64,000 nucleotides of DNA from Dictyostelium discoideum (Eukaryota): the NCBI GenBank assembly GCA_000004695.1, contig CM000152.2, positions 1,632,001 through 1,696,000 of the forward strand, given 5' to 3'. Positions 16,404 through 28,744 of this stretch are shown piece by piece. The notes beneath the pieces are model-generated. The model was not told the DNA's origin. It worked only from the letters and a program-made list of their open reading frames with translations, and ran no database searches. A program made the translations under genes and the position numbers. How positions within the stretch are numbered: the first letter of the stretch is position 1; every line of letters begins with the position of its first letter.

Positions 16404-18743
16404 TTATCTAACTTTACCATTACCAATTTTTTCAGAAACTAAAGGTTCATTTTGATTGATAAATAATTGAGATTTATTATAACTAATAATTTTATCAATA
16501 CAAGTGAGATCATAATGAAGGAATTCTTTTTGATAATCAATTGTTGGTTTTGGTTTAATTGACATACCTTTACCGGCAATTTTTGAACCAGCTTCAATTG
16601 ATTGTGGATTTGATGGTACCAAGAATGATAAACTTTCTTTAGTGGCTTGACCATCATCAGCAACAAGAATCATTGCTTCAGAGAGAACACCTTTGAATTT
16701 TGAAGGTTTCAAATTTAATACTACAGCCAATTTCTTACCAATGAGTTGGGATTTTTCAAAGTTTGCTTTAATACCTGAAACTGCGGTTTTAGTTTGATCA
16801 CCACCTAAACTTAATTTAATTACATATAAATTCTCTGCGGATGGATGATCATTTACCTCCAAGACTGTGGCAATTTTCATATCGATTGGGAATTCTGGTC
16901 CGATTCCAGAGAATTTTGTACGCCATTTCTTGAGGTCATCGGCTTCGATTTTCTTTACCAATGGTAAGATTTCCTTTGAAATTTCATGACCTGCTGGAAT
17001 TGCATTGATGTCGAAATGGGTGGAATATTTAGTTGGTTCAACATTTAATTGTTGATGGACTTTATCGGTGAGTGATGGGATGTATGGTTCTAAGAGGGTT
17101 GATAAAAGTTTGATTAAATTGATGAGGATTGCCAAGACTTGACCACAACGTTCATTATCTTTACCACTTAAATCCCATGGTTTATTATCTTGCATATAGG
17201 TATTACCAAGTTTAGAGATTGACATGGCAATCTTTAAACCCTCCTTCAATGAGATCTCCTCTAATTTTTGGAAATATTGTACTAAATGTTCATCGACTTC
17301 TTGAACCAATTTCTTATCAACCTCATTCAATTCGCCAATCTTTGGTACGACACCATTGAATGCTGCATTGGTATTCAACATTTTCAATACACGATTAACT
17401 AAATTACCAAAATTATTCAAGAGTTCGTTATTCTTAAAGTTGAAATCGTCCCAACTGAAAATTGAATCTGATGATTCTGGACGATTATTCAAGAGATAGA
17501 ATCTCCATACCTCACTTGGGATACCTGTTGCCTTTGCACCATCACCAAATACACCGGTGTTTCTTGATTTTGAGAATTTACCAGTTTCATAATTGAGGAA
17601 CTCTGTGGTTGAAAGGTTATTTAAGAGTGTGTAATTATCTTTTGAACCAATTAAAGAGGCTGGGAAAATCACTGTATGGAATGGTACATTATCTTTACCC
17701 ATGAATTGTACCAACTTTACATTTTCTGGATTTTTCCACCACTTCTCCCATTCATTGGTGTATTCAGCTGTGATTGAAATGTAACCAATTGGTGCGTCGA
17801 ACCAAACGTAGAATACTTTATCCTTGAATTCCTCCATTGGGACTGGTGTGCCCCATTTAAGATCACGAGTGATACAACGTGGTTTCAATTCACCCTTTAC
17901 CCATGTATTGGTGATGGCAATGGAATTCTCACTCCAATTGCCGCCCTTGGAATTTGTCTCTACAAATTGGTCCACTTGTTGTTGCAATTGTGGTAAGTCG
18001 ATGAAAATGTGTTTGGTTGATTTTATAACTGGTGGTTTTGAACAAACTTTGCAACGTGGGTTGATCAATTCGGTTGGATTCAATAATTTGGAACAACCAT
18101 CACATTGATCACCTCTTGCATCCTCAAATTTACAATGTGGACATGTTCCCTCCACAAAACGATCTGCTAAAAACATCTTACAAGTTTGTTCACAATAAAG
18201 TTGTTCAATCTCTTGAGTTAATGTATATCCGTTATCTTTAATCTTGTTGAAAATATCTTGAGCAATCTCAGTTTGACTATTGGTTGAGGTTCTTCCAAAT
18301 TTATCAAATGAAATATTAAACCATTCATAAATCTCTTTATGAATTTCATGATATTTATCACAAATCTCTTTTGGTGTACATCCTTCTGATAATGCTTTTG
18401 TTTCTGTTGCTGTACCATATTCATCTGTACCACAAATATAAATACAATTATAATTTTTTAAACGACAATATCTATAAAAATAAAAAATAAAAAAAAAGTA
18501 AAATAAATAAAAAAAAAATTTTGATTTATTTTTAGAATTAATTTTGTTTATTTTTTTTTTTTTTCCCAAAAATATTTATTTTTTTAAAATTTATACTAAC
18601 CTTGCATATACATCTGCACTTAATACACAACCAATAATATTACCAAGATGTGGAACATTATTTACGTATGGTAAAGCTGATGTGATTAAAATATTTCTCT
18701 CCCCATCTTTTGGAAGAGGTGGTGTGTTTGATGGTTTACTCAT
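16404..18743 (-). CDS. metS: Methionyl-tRNA synthetase (cytoplasmic), two exons, with C-terminal EMAP-II/Myf tRNA-binding domain
   Basis: Exon 1 is 18743..18601 ([47 protein letters not shown]) and carries the class I HIGH region. Donor GTTAGT; 129-nt intron; acceptor AG at 18473-72. Exon 2 is 18471..16404 ([27 protein letters not shown]...; KMSKS motif [10 protein letters not shown]; Zn-knuckle CPHC...CDGC; C-terminal [12 protein letters not shown]...[22 protein letters not shown]). Phase checked. Confidence 0.9.
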
Positions 18744-19480
18744 CTTTGTTTTTATATAAAATTTAAATAAAAAAAAAAAAAAAAAAAAAATGAAATTGAA
18801 ATAAAAAAAAAGTGAAAAAATTTTGTTTTAAAAAAAAACTGAAAAAATTGGAAGAGCAAAACTACAAAATTTAATCCACAAAAAAAAAAAAAAAAAAAAG
18901 AAAATTAAATAAAATTAAATAAAAAAAAAAAAAAAAAAAAGAAATCAATTAAATATAAAAAAAAAAATATATTAAAAACTGGAATTCAATTATTTTTCCC
19001 ATAATTTCACAATTAAAAAAAAAATAAAAAAAATAAAAATAAAAATAAAAAAAATATTAAAAAAACAAAAAAAACCGTGGTTTGATATTATTTTATTTTA
19101 TTTTTAACTTTATTTTATTTTATTTTATTTTATATTGTTTTATTTTGCTTTATTTTATTTTTATTTTTTTATAAAATATCATCCAATTACATGATGGTGT
19201 AATATTTATTAACCACACCCCATTCCTAAAAGTCTGGTAGATTATCTGACACAATTACCATCATTTTTTAATTTTTAAATTTTTTTTTCATGTTTTTTTT
19301 TCAAAATTTCATTTTTTTTTTATTTTTTTTTTTTTTATTTTTTTTGAGTTTTTTTTTTTGAGTTTTTTAATTTTTAACAAATAACTGCATTTACATCTCA
19401 AATTATTTGTACACCAATAAAAGTTAGTGTTTTTTTTTGTGTGTGTGTGAGTGTGTGTTTTGTGGAAATATATTTAAAAA

Positions 19481-19606
19481 ATGGATCCATCAAAAGAGGC
19501 GATTCTTTTTGAATATATACCAAAAGTATTATTTGCAAAACCTCAATTAAATGGTGAAAAACCGCAAGCAACAACAACAACAACAACAAATGGTAGTAAC
19601 AATAAT

Positions 19607-19696
<90 letters not shown>

Positions 19697-20333
19697 AATA
19701 ATAATAATAATAATTCCAATGACGAAGGTGGTGTTATTATGACCATTATGTTAAATGGTGATTGTTTTTTTTATCCAACAAGTGCAGATTTATTGGACCA
19801 ATTACCAGACGTTTTCATGAATAATACAAGTCAAATCAATTATACATATAATAATAGTAGTAGTAGTATGAACTCTATAAATAGTGCAGTTAGTAATAGT
19901 CTCAATAGTATTAATAGTATCAATAACAATAAAAATGGAGCAAACGCAGGAACGACAGGTGCAAAGAAGAATAATATGAAATCGAAATATAATATACCTT
20001 TACATTTATCACCAGAATATAAAGTTTATGCTTTTGATTTTAAACATTTAGATCCAAATGAACCATTTGTATATAAACCAAATACAACACATGTTTCAAC
20101 TGATTCAAAGAAAACTAATAACAATAATAACAATAATAATAATAATAATAATAACCAACAAGATTTTTTTATACCAATTAGATTTAGAAAACCAAGAAAA
20201 TTATTAGTTAGTCATGATAAAAAATTATTAATGATTATTGGTGCAACTATTAAAGGTGTTAGTAGTTTAACAATGTAAGTATTTATATATATATATATAT
20301 AAATATTTATAAAAGAAATTTCTTTTAAAAATT

Positions 20334-20371
<38 letters not shown>

Positions 20372-21295
20372 TATTTTTATAAAAATAGTTATAAAATTTT
20401 AAAAGAAGGACCAAATTATTTTCAATTATTATTTTATGATACAAGTTTTACATATTTAGATGCATGTTTTACATCAGATTCAACAGCAATGACATCAATT
20501 TTAGCGAGATATCCAAATTTTATATTCATATTACAGATTCCAGGTATTCAAAGTAAACCTAGTGTTTGTAATTCACATCCAAATGATCCAGTTGTCAAGG
20601 ATACAGAAAAGGATTCAAGATTAATTGATACAATCGATTATCAAGAGAAGAGGGTAATATTTGAACCAAGAAAAATTGGACCACTTGCAATTGTTGGTCC
20701 AGTTAAGAATTGTTTAGGTCAACCTTATCATATGACACATATAGCTTCAAATCCAAATTTGTTTCCTGATAAAGTTAAAGCATTTGAATTTATTACTTGG
20801 AATGATGATAATATAGGTGAATGTTGTTTTTGGAATATTTTTAAAGATCAACAATCATCTCATGGTATTAGTAGTGGTGGTAGTGGTAGTGGTGGTAGCA
20901 ATAAACATGGTGGTAGTGGTGGTGGTAGTAGTGGTGGTGGTGGTGGTGGTGGTGCTAATAATCATCAATCACCATTAAGAAATATTCCGTCATTAAAATT
21001 TGAGTGGATGACAAAATTTGTAGGATCAATTGTACCAGATAGAGCATGGATAGAAAAAGAATCATCACCAAAGACTCAAATCATTGATATGATTTTCTCA
21101 CCACATGGTGATTTAATAATGACTGTTGTCAAAAAAGAAAACCATGATCATAAAAATAAATCATCAAATGGTATTGGATTTCAATGTATTCCATCGACTT
21201 TGGAATTATTGAATTTTAATAGTCCTACTGATAACAGCAACAGCAGTAATACATCATTATCAAGTAATAATAATAATAATAATAACAATAATAAC

Positions 21296-21352
<57 letters not shown>

Positions 21353-21885
21353 AGTAATTATAATCAATATAATTTTAATAATAAAATTAATAGTTATAAG
21401 ATTGGTAATCAAAATAACCCAATATTAAGTAAAGGTATGATTGGTGGTGATTTAACGAGTTCATGGTTTCAAATATCGGAATCATTCGATAAGAGTATAA
21501 TTTTATCAAGTAAATGGACAGATTCATTATTTTTTGGTGGATCATCTCAATTATTACCAAGTGTATTGGTAAAGGATAAAGGTGTCTATGAATTAGTTTC
21601 AAATAACTATTGTGCTCAATTTACAAATGCTTCAGAGGAATTTATGAAAACTTGTGTAAACTTTATTCAATTAGGTAAATATCATAGATTATGGATATCA
21701 TGTTATGGTACTCTCTACTCTATTACAATGACTCCAAAGAATGAAAAATTCATTGAATGGATTCCCACTGTCTTTGAAACTCTACCTCAAAATTCAACTG
21801 CTCGTTCAAATAATTTATCTCATTCAAAATATTTTAAAGTTTCTCAAATGATTGGTTATTCTTTAATTGATTTTTCAAAAGGTAA

Positions 21886-21945
<60 letters not shown>

Positions 21946-22895
21946 TTTATCTTATATATATTTATATATTAACTTTTTCTTGTTATCATATTATAATTTG
22001 GATAAAAAAAAATATATATATACATATATTATTATTATTATTAGAATTTAAACCAGAAATAAGTACAAAACATTTAAATAAAAAGAAATTGGAAGATTTA
22101 TTAGCAACAATTCAATCTACAGGATCAATTGCAGAGAGATCAGGAAAAGGTGACGCTGAAATTTATGCTTGCTTACATTTATATAGATGTTGGAGTTGTA
22201 AACAGACCTTAATGAAACCTTTAATTTGTGGTTATTGTAAAACTGTTGCTTATTGTTCAAAAGATTGTCAAAAAGATCATTGGCCAATTCATAAACCATC
22301 TTGCACCCCTCCTATCTTACCATTATTAGTTCATCAACATAATCAACAGCAACAACATCAACAACAACAAATTCAACAATTACAACAACAAATTCAACAA
22401 CAACATCAACAAATTCAACAACAACATCAACAAATACAACAAACTAGAGAAAAGGAAAGACAACAACAACAACAACAACAACAACAGCAGCAGCAGCAGC
22501 AACAACAACAACAAAAACAACAACAACAACAGCAACAACCACCACAAAAACAACCACAACAACAACAAAAACAACAAAAAAAATCAGAGGAATCATTAGA
22601 AGAACAATCAGAAGATCAATCAGAGGATCAATCTGAAGAACAATCAGACCAATCTGATGATCAATCATATTACCAATCTGATGCTGGTGAAGTACCATTA
22701 CGAGTACGACGACCATTGGCCCTAAAACAGGTTCATGGAAAGTACCAACAAGCACACCTACAACAAATGTTGAAAGCAGGATTACTTTCAAATAAGGTGA
22801 GTGGGTTGGAAGGTACTAACTCTGTTGGAAAAGAAGAAGGTAGTAATAATATTACATTTACAAGACATATTACAGGAAAAGTAACTCAGAATTAA
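19481..22895 (+). CDS. Low-complexity protein with a C-terminal MYND-type zinc finger, three exons
   Basis: Exons are 19481..20274, 20389..21881 and 22045..22895, with donors GTAAGT at 20275 and GTAAAT at 21882, and acceptors AG at 20387-88 and 22043-44. Phases are consistent with the three ORF-track frames. Exon 3 encodes CWSCKQTLMKPLICGYCKTVAYCSKDCQKDHWPIHKPSC (zf-MYND) followed by a polyQ / SEDQ acidic tail. There are long poly-N/poly-G tracts. Confidence 0.6.
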
Positions 22896-25312
22896 AACAA
22901 AAAAAACCAAAAAAAAAAAAAAAAAACAAAAAAAAAAAAAAAAAGAAAAAACATAAACAAAGATTTAAAAAATAAAATAATTATACATTTATTTATTTTA
23001 TAAAATATAATTATATATATTGCATAATTTTATCAATTTATTATTATTGTGTTGTTTGTTGTTTATTGTTGGTTGTTGTTTACCTTTTCAAGAAATTGTC
23101 TGGGCCAAATATATAATAAATAAAAAAAAAAGATTAAATAAAATTAAAATATTTTATTATTATTTTTGTCTTTAGCATATTTTTTTTATATTATTTTTGT
23201 TTGAGGAGGGTACTCCACTTTAAATAAAAAATCCAAAACTATTTCAAATTGGACCCTACCATCAATGGAAATGATCCTAATCAACAATATAAATAATAAT
23301 AAAATTTTTCTTTTTTTTTTTGTTTAGTAATAATAAAATAAAGAGTTTTTTTTTTATATTCTATAAATTAAATTTTTATTTTTCAAAAACACATTATTTT
23401 AAAGAATTTAATAAAATTTAAACTTTCAATAAAACGTTCTAAAGATTTTAAAATTTCATTTATAAATAAAATTTTTAATATTTCGGACAAAATTTACTAT
23501 TATATATTAAAATTTTAAAATCAAAATTAAAATATGATGGTGTTAAATGTAAAGAAGATGGTAATGTGATTGTAGTTGTTGCAGTTTTAGTTAATGGTGT
23601 AATTTTAATTTTATATTTAAAAATTGTTGTTTTTAATTCTTAAACCTAATCGATATACTGGAAAACCAGTATTTCCTATGGTTATCATTTATCTCTATAT
23701 ATTTTTTTTGAAAGTAAAAAAAAAAAAAAAAAAAAAAAACAGATAAATAATTTAATAACAAAAACGAATAAAAAATAATAAAAACAGATAAAGATTTTTT
23801 TAATTTAAATCCATTTAAATTTATTTTTATTAAGTGTTAAATAACACACCAGAATTAATTTAAATTTTTTCTATTTATTTTTTTTTTTTAATTATACAGT
23901 AATAAATATTATTTCCCAAATAAACCCTTAATTTTATAATTATTATTATTATTATTAATATTATTATTATTTAATTTATTTTTATTATTATTTAATATTA
24001 TTATTATTTTATTTTTTTTTTTAAAAAAATATATTTTGAATAATAAAATAAATTATAAAATTTAAAAATAAAGCTTATTCAAAAATATTTCTGTTTTAAA
24101 AAATAAAATTTTAAATCAAATAATCAAAAGTCTTTGTTGTCTTTTGTTTTTATGGTCCAAGTAATTCTTATGAAGGAAGGGTTTAGTGTAGAGAAACTGT
24201 ATAAAAAAATTAAAAAAAAATTATTATTTTAAAATGGGGGGTAGTTGATAAAAATGATTATTAATTTTTTTTTTTTTTTTTTCTAAACAATTTTATTTAT
24301 TTTATTTTTTATTTTATTTTTAAATTGTTATTTAATTCAATTATTTTTGTTGTTTCAATATATGTAGAAATTAATAATCATTGGTTTTTGGAAATTTTAA
24401 CTATAGTTTCAAAGTTGGTTGTAAAAACATTAGGTAGAAGTTTTTAATAGATTCACAAAAGATAAAAACTTCATTTAGGGGGTAACAAGTATAAAAGAAA
24501 AAGAGTTTGGCAGGTTTAATTAATGTAATCTTTTTTAAGGTTCCAACACCCTAATCAATAAAAAAACAAAAAAAATTCATATATCCAAACATACACACAC
24601 TCACACATTCACATTTTACCAAGATATATGATTATATGAAGTGTGGTTTAAAGTTTAAAAAAAAAAAAAAAAAAAAAAAAGAAAATTGTACAAATCAACA
24701 CTAACAAACACACATTACCACAAAATCTTTTGTTAATCTCTAAGATATTTTTAAATAATTTAAAAATTTAACCCACTAAACATAGTTTTTTAAACAAAAA
24801 TTTAAAAAAAAACACAAAATTCACTATGAATAAATAGCAATATATCTCATTACTTGAATCATTTTTTAAATTTTAATCTATTTTTATAAAAACACCATAT
24901 AATTATCTAGATTTGGTATTGTTAAAAAACACATAACTGACCACAAATGTTAAGAATCAAAAAAAAAATTAATAAACAAACCAAATTTAACAATTTTTTT
25001 ATTTTAATAAAATAAAATAAAATAAAATATTAAACTATTTAAATCATTGATCTTTTTATTTTTTTTATTATTCCCATCAAAATATTTAAAACTACAAAAC
25101 AAAATAAAATAAAAAATAATAAATCAAATATAATATAATAAAATAAAAATAAAAAAAATAATTCAAAATTAAATAAATAATTAAATAAATAAATAATTAG
25201 ATAAAAAAAATAAAAAAAAAAAAAAACAAAATTTTTTTTTTTTAATAATAAAAAGTTAACAGGAAAAAGTATATTTAAATAAACAAAAAAAAAAAAAATT
25301 ATTTTAAAAAAA

Positions 25313-25582
25313 ATGTCTTTATTAAGTAAGTATTTTTAAATAAATCACATGTGTATTAATAAATTATTTTTTTTTAATTAAAAAAATTTAAAAATCTAAT
25401 AATTTTTTTTTTTGTTAAAAATAGAATCAATCACTTCATTAAATTCAATTTCAAAAAAATCAAATTCCAATAATATAGTAAATAATAACAATAAATTTTT
25501 ACACAATTATTCAGAATCATCAACATCATGGTGTTTAATATTCCAATACACAGGAAAAAAGACTTTCCTTGCATGTATTTGA
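25313..25582 (+). CDS. Tiny two-exon gene (13-nt exon 1), ~56 aa hypothetical small protein
   Basis: AAAAAAA-ATG context. Exon 1 is 25313..25325 (ATGTCTTTATTAA), donor GTAAGT, 99-nt AT-rich intron, acceptor AAAATAG at 25423-24, exon 2 25425..25582. The product is MSLLKSITSLNSISKKSNSNNIVNNNNKFLHNYSESSTSWCLIFQYTGKKTFLACI. A paralogue of the convergent gene at 26002..26258. Confidence 0.4.
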
Positions 25583-26001
25583 AATAATAATAAGAATTTT
25601 AATAATAATAGTAATGATAATAATAATAGTATAAAAATATAGAAAAATAATTTTGAAATCAATATAATTTTAAAAAAATTTGACCGATATTGTATCACCA
25701 ATGATAGTAATTAATATATATTTAATAATTTTAAAAATAAAAATTTAATTTTTTATAAAAACTTTTTTTTTTTTTTTTTTTAATTAAAAAAAACTATTAG
25801 ATAATTTTAATTCTTTTTCTACTATTTTATATCCCATTATAACCAACCAGTAAATTTTAAGGAGTAGAAAAATGTTAATAAAAACAAAAAATATTTTAAA
25901 AATTAATTTATTGGAGAAAATAAAATTTTTTAAAGGAATAATGGTAATGATAATTTTATTAATAATGTTAATTCATCCTCTTTCTGGGATTTTAATCTTT
26001 T

Positions 26002-26258
26002 TTAAAGACCAGCTTTTCCCAATGCAGTTGCAACATTAAGGAGTAAATTGCTTACAAGACCTTCTGAAATTTTATTTTGAGTGAATTGAGTTGTGGTGTC
26101 AGATTTGTTGACATCATTTGATTTGTTTAAGTTGTTAACTTTTGAAATTGAGGAGATTGAAGCTATTAATTATTAAAAAAAATTAGAATTAATAAAAATA
26201 TACATATTTTTTTTTTTGAAACTCTAATTTCATTTTATTAATAATTACTATAGAGCAT
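26002..26258 (-). CDS. Tiny two-exon gene (10-nt exon 1), ~57 aa hypothetical small protein, paralogue of 25313..25582
   Basis: Exon 1 is 26258..26249 (ATGCTCTATA), donor GTAATT, 84-nt intron, acceptor AATTAATAG at 26164-63, exon 2 26162..26002. The product is MLYTSISSISKVNNLNKSNDVNKSDTTTQFTQNKISEGLVSNLLLNVATALGKAGL. It shares the M.L..SI[ST]S[IL].SISK..N N-terminal motif with the plus-strand gene. Confidence 0.35.
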
Positions 26259-26913
26259 TTTAAAATATTGATTTGTTTTAATAGGTTGATTTAATGGATA
26301 TGATAATGTTTAAATTTACTCAAATTTATATTAAAAAATTTAGATATTAAAAAAAAGAATTTAAAATTTAAAAATATTAAATATCAAAAAATAAAAATTA
26401 ATTGAAAACATTGATTTACAAATATTATCCTTAATATTTGTAAATTAATTAATTACCACTAAGAAATGGTTTTGATATATTTATGCATATTAAATTGTTG
26501 CTTTTGTTTAGATTAATACTAAATAACAATTTAAAAATAAAAATAAATTAAATTTGTAATTTAAATTTTTTACCACCAAATTAAGTGGGGTATCTCATTT
26601 TCTATACTTCTATTTAAAATTTATATTTAATCAATATCATTTTCAGTATCAAACCAATTGGGGGATATTAAAAACCAATTGATATTTTAATTTCCCCCAA
26701 TATCTAATCTTATTTAATGTATTATTTATAAATATAAACTATGGAGATATGTTTTTTATTTAAATTAATATATTTTATTTATTTATGATAATATAAAAAA
26801 GAGAATAATAAAGAAACACTGTAGAAAAGATTAATGATTTTATATTTTCAAACATTTTTTTTTATTTATTTTTTTTTTAAAAAAAAAAAAAAGAGAGTTT
26901 TTGTTAAAACGTT

Positions 26914-27552
26914 TTAGATTATTAATTGTAAAAATAAAAGAACTGTTGAAAAAATTAAAACTCCATTGACTAGTGGTGTTGAAGCAGTTGATTTTTGATA
27001 CTCTATATTTTTATCGTCATCATAATCAGTGACATACATTTTAAGTGTGCCATCAGATTGTATAACAAGTTGTTCAGAAGATGTTAATACAATACTTTCA
27101 GGTTCTTGGTTAGCTTGGTTTACTGGGACATGCTCGTAGCATTTTGAAACATCAGAGGTACCTTGAATTGAGATAATGTAATCACCACCCAAGAGGTAAT
27201 TGTTCATTTTGATTGAAAAAGACAAGTCACGAGGGATACACATTGAGTATTCCAATGGAGTGGTAGTATATGTCATGTTTGTTTTATCACTAAAAGTACT
27301 GGAAAAGATTAAAGATTCTGGTGCTCCATCAGATGTGATACGAAGCTGCACTGAAACAGAATCATATTCATCTTTTGTTAGTAAAAATTTTGATACCTGG
27401 TGATTTGGAACATTAAATTTTTCATTAATTACTGGCCCACTGGCGATAACAAAAAACTGACCATTATCATACTTTTTCAAGGTATATGATTGTACAGAAA
27501 AAATTAAAATATTAATTATTACTATTAAAAACAATAAATTTAACACATGCAT
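26914..27552 (-). CDS. Secreted/GPI-anchored hypothetical protein (212 aa)
   Basis: N-terminal signal peptide MHVLNLLFLIVIINILIFSVQS and a C-terminal hydrophobic tail VLIFSTVLLFLQLII. Non-repetitive sequence. No family recognised. Confidence 0.5.
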   Translation of the reverse strand: MHVLNLLFLIVIINILIFSVQSYTLKKYDNGQFFVIASGPVINEKFNVPNHQVSKFLLTKDEYDSVSVQLRITSDGAPESLIFSSTFSDKTNMTYTTTPLEYSMCIPRDLSFSIKMNNYLLGGDYIISIQGTSDVSKCYEHVPVNQANQEPESIVLTSSEQLVIQSDGTLKMYVTDYDDDKNIEYQKSTASTPLVNGVLIFSTVLLFLQLII

Positions 27553-28010
27553 CTTGATATTTTAGTTTTAAACTATTAAATATAATAAAAAGAAAATATA
27601 AATTAAAAATAAAAACAATTTATAGTGAAAAACTCGTTTCAAAAAAAAAACAAACAATATATTTTTTTCATTGTATTTTTTATTTATTAATTTCAATTTA
27701 CAAAATTGGGGTTGTTTTATATCAATTTACAAAATTGATTTGCACAACAAAAAAATTTTTTCTTTTTATTTTTATTTTTATTTTTATTTTTATTTTTATT
27801 TTTATTTTTTTACTTAAAATAATAAGTGTTGCTATAAATAATACACACAAACACACAAATTAAAAAATAAATATATTTTTTTAATTTTTCTTTTATTTAT
27901 TTATTTTTTAATTTGTGTGTTTTTTTAATTCATTTTTTTTTTTAGATCATTTTTTTTTAGATCATTTTTTTTTAATTCATTTTTTTTATTTATAACATAT
28001 AATTTTAAAA

Positions 28011-28469
28011 ATGACAAGTAAATATAGGTGCCAGCATGATAAATTTTCGTTAAAACAATTAAAAAAAAGAGGATTCAGTCTTTACCTTGATGAATTATTT
28101 GACAAAGATGAGTTTCCAAATATTGGCTACTGTACCGAGGAATGTAAAGAAAAAATGAAAGAGATTTATAGGATAACCTTTGAACAATATCTCGAAATAA
28201 TAAATAAATATTACAATGATAGCAGAATTTTTGATTATAACTTAGAAAACAACCCTGAAGAATGTGATCTTTGGATGTATCGAGAATTTTTAAGTGCTCG
28301 ACCCCCCCTCTCACCTCAAGATGAATATGCTAGAATGGCAATAAAAGCAATGAAAGTTGGTATTCAAGATGGAAAGCCTGTTAGATTATGTGAATTGCAG
28401 CCTGGTGTACAATGTGATTTCGATGCAACAAACCTACCTGGCTCTGAAGAAGATGAAAGAGAAAAATAA
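28011..28469 (+). CDS. Hypothetical 152-aa protein with atypical (GC-richer) codon usage
   Basis: Clean ORF MTSKYRCQHDKFSLKQLKKRGFS...CELQPGVQCDFDATNLPGSEEDEREK. It uses codons that are rare in Dictyostelium (AGG, CTC, GGC, GCC, the run CCCCCCC). It lies between an AT-rich promoter-like region and the poly(A) end of the TRE element. Confidence 0.4.
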   Translation: MTSKYRCQHDKFSLKQLKKRGFSLYLDELFDKDEFPNIGYCTEECKEKMKEIYRITFEQYLEIINKYYNDSRIFDYNLENNPEECDLWMYREFLSARPPLSPQDEYARMAIKAMKVGIQDGKPVRLCELQPGVQCDFDATNLPGSEEDEREK

Positions 28470-28744
28470 AATTAAACAATAAGTGTTAAATAAAAAGAAC
28501 TGTTTTTTGAAAAAAAAATTCCCATATAAATAAACAAAGAAACCTCTCTTTATTTTTGGTGTGTTTTTCGTTGAAAATTAAACGATATTTATCTGAAAAA
28601 TCTGAGGATGCCATCTCAACTGATTTTTTAATTTTAATTTTTAATTTTAATTTTTTTTTTTTAATTTTTTTATTTTTTTTTAATTTTTTTTAAGAACTGA
28701 GATATTTTTTGATATAAAAACCAAAATTGTCAAAATCGAAATTG

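Noticed and set aside
19543-19746. Poly-L / poly-T ORFs
   Set aside because: They are other frames of the (CAA)n/(AAC)n tract within exon 1 of the MYND gene.
22380-22791. Minus-strand poly-L/poly-V ORFs
   Set aside because: They are antisense to the polyQ-encoding part of MYND exon 3.
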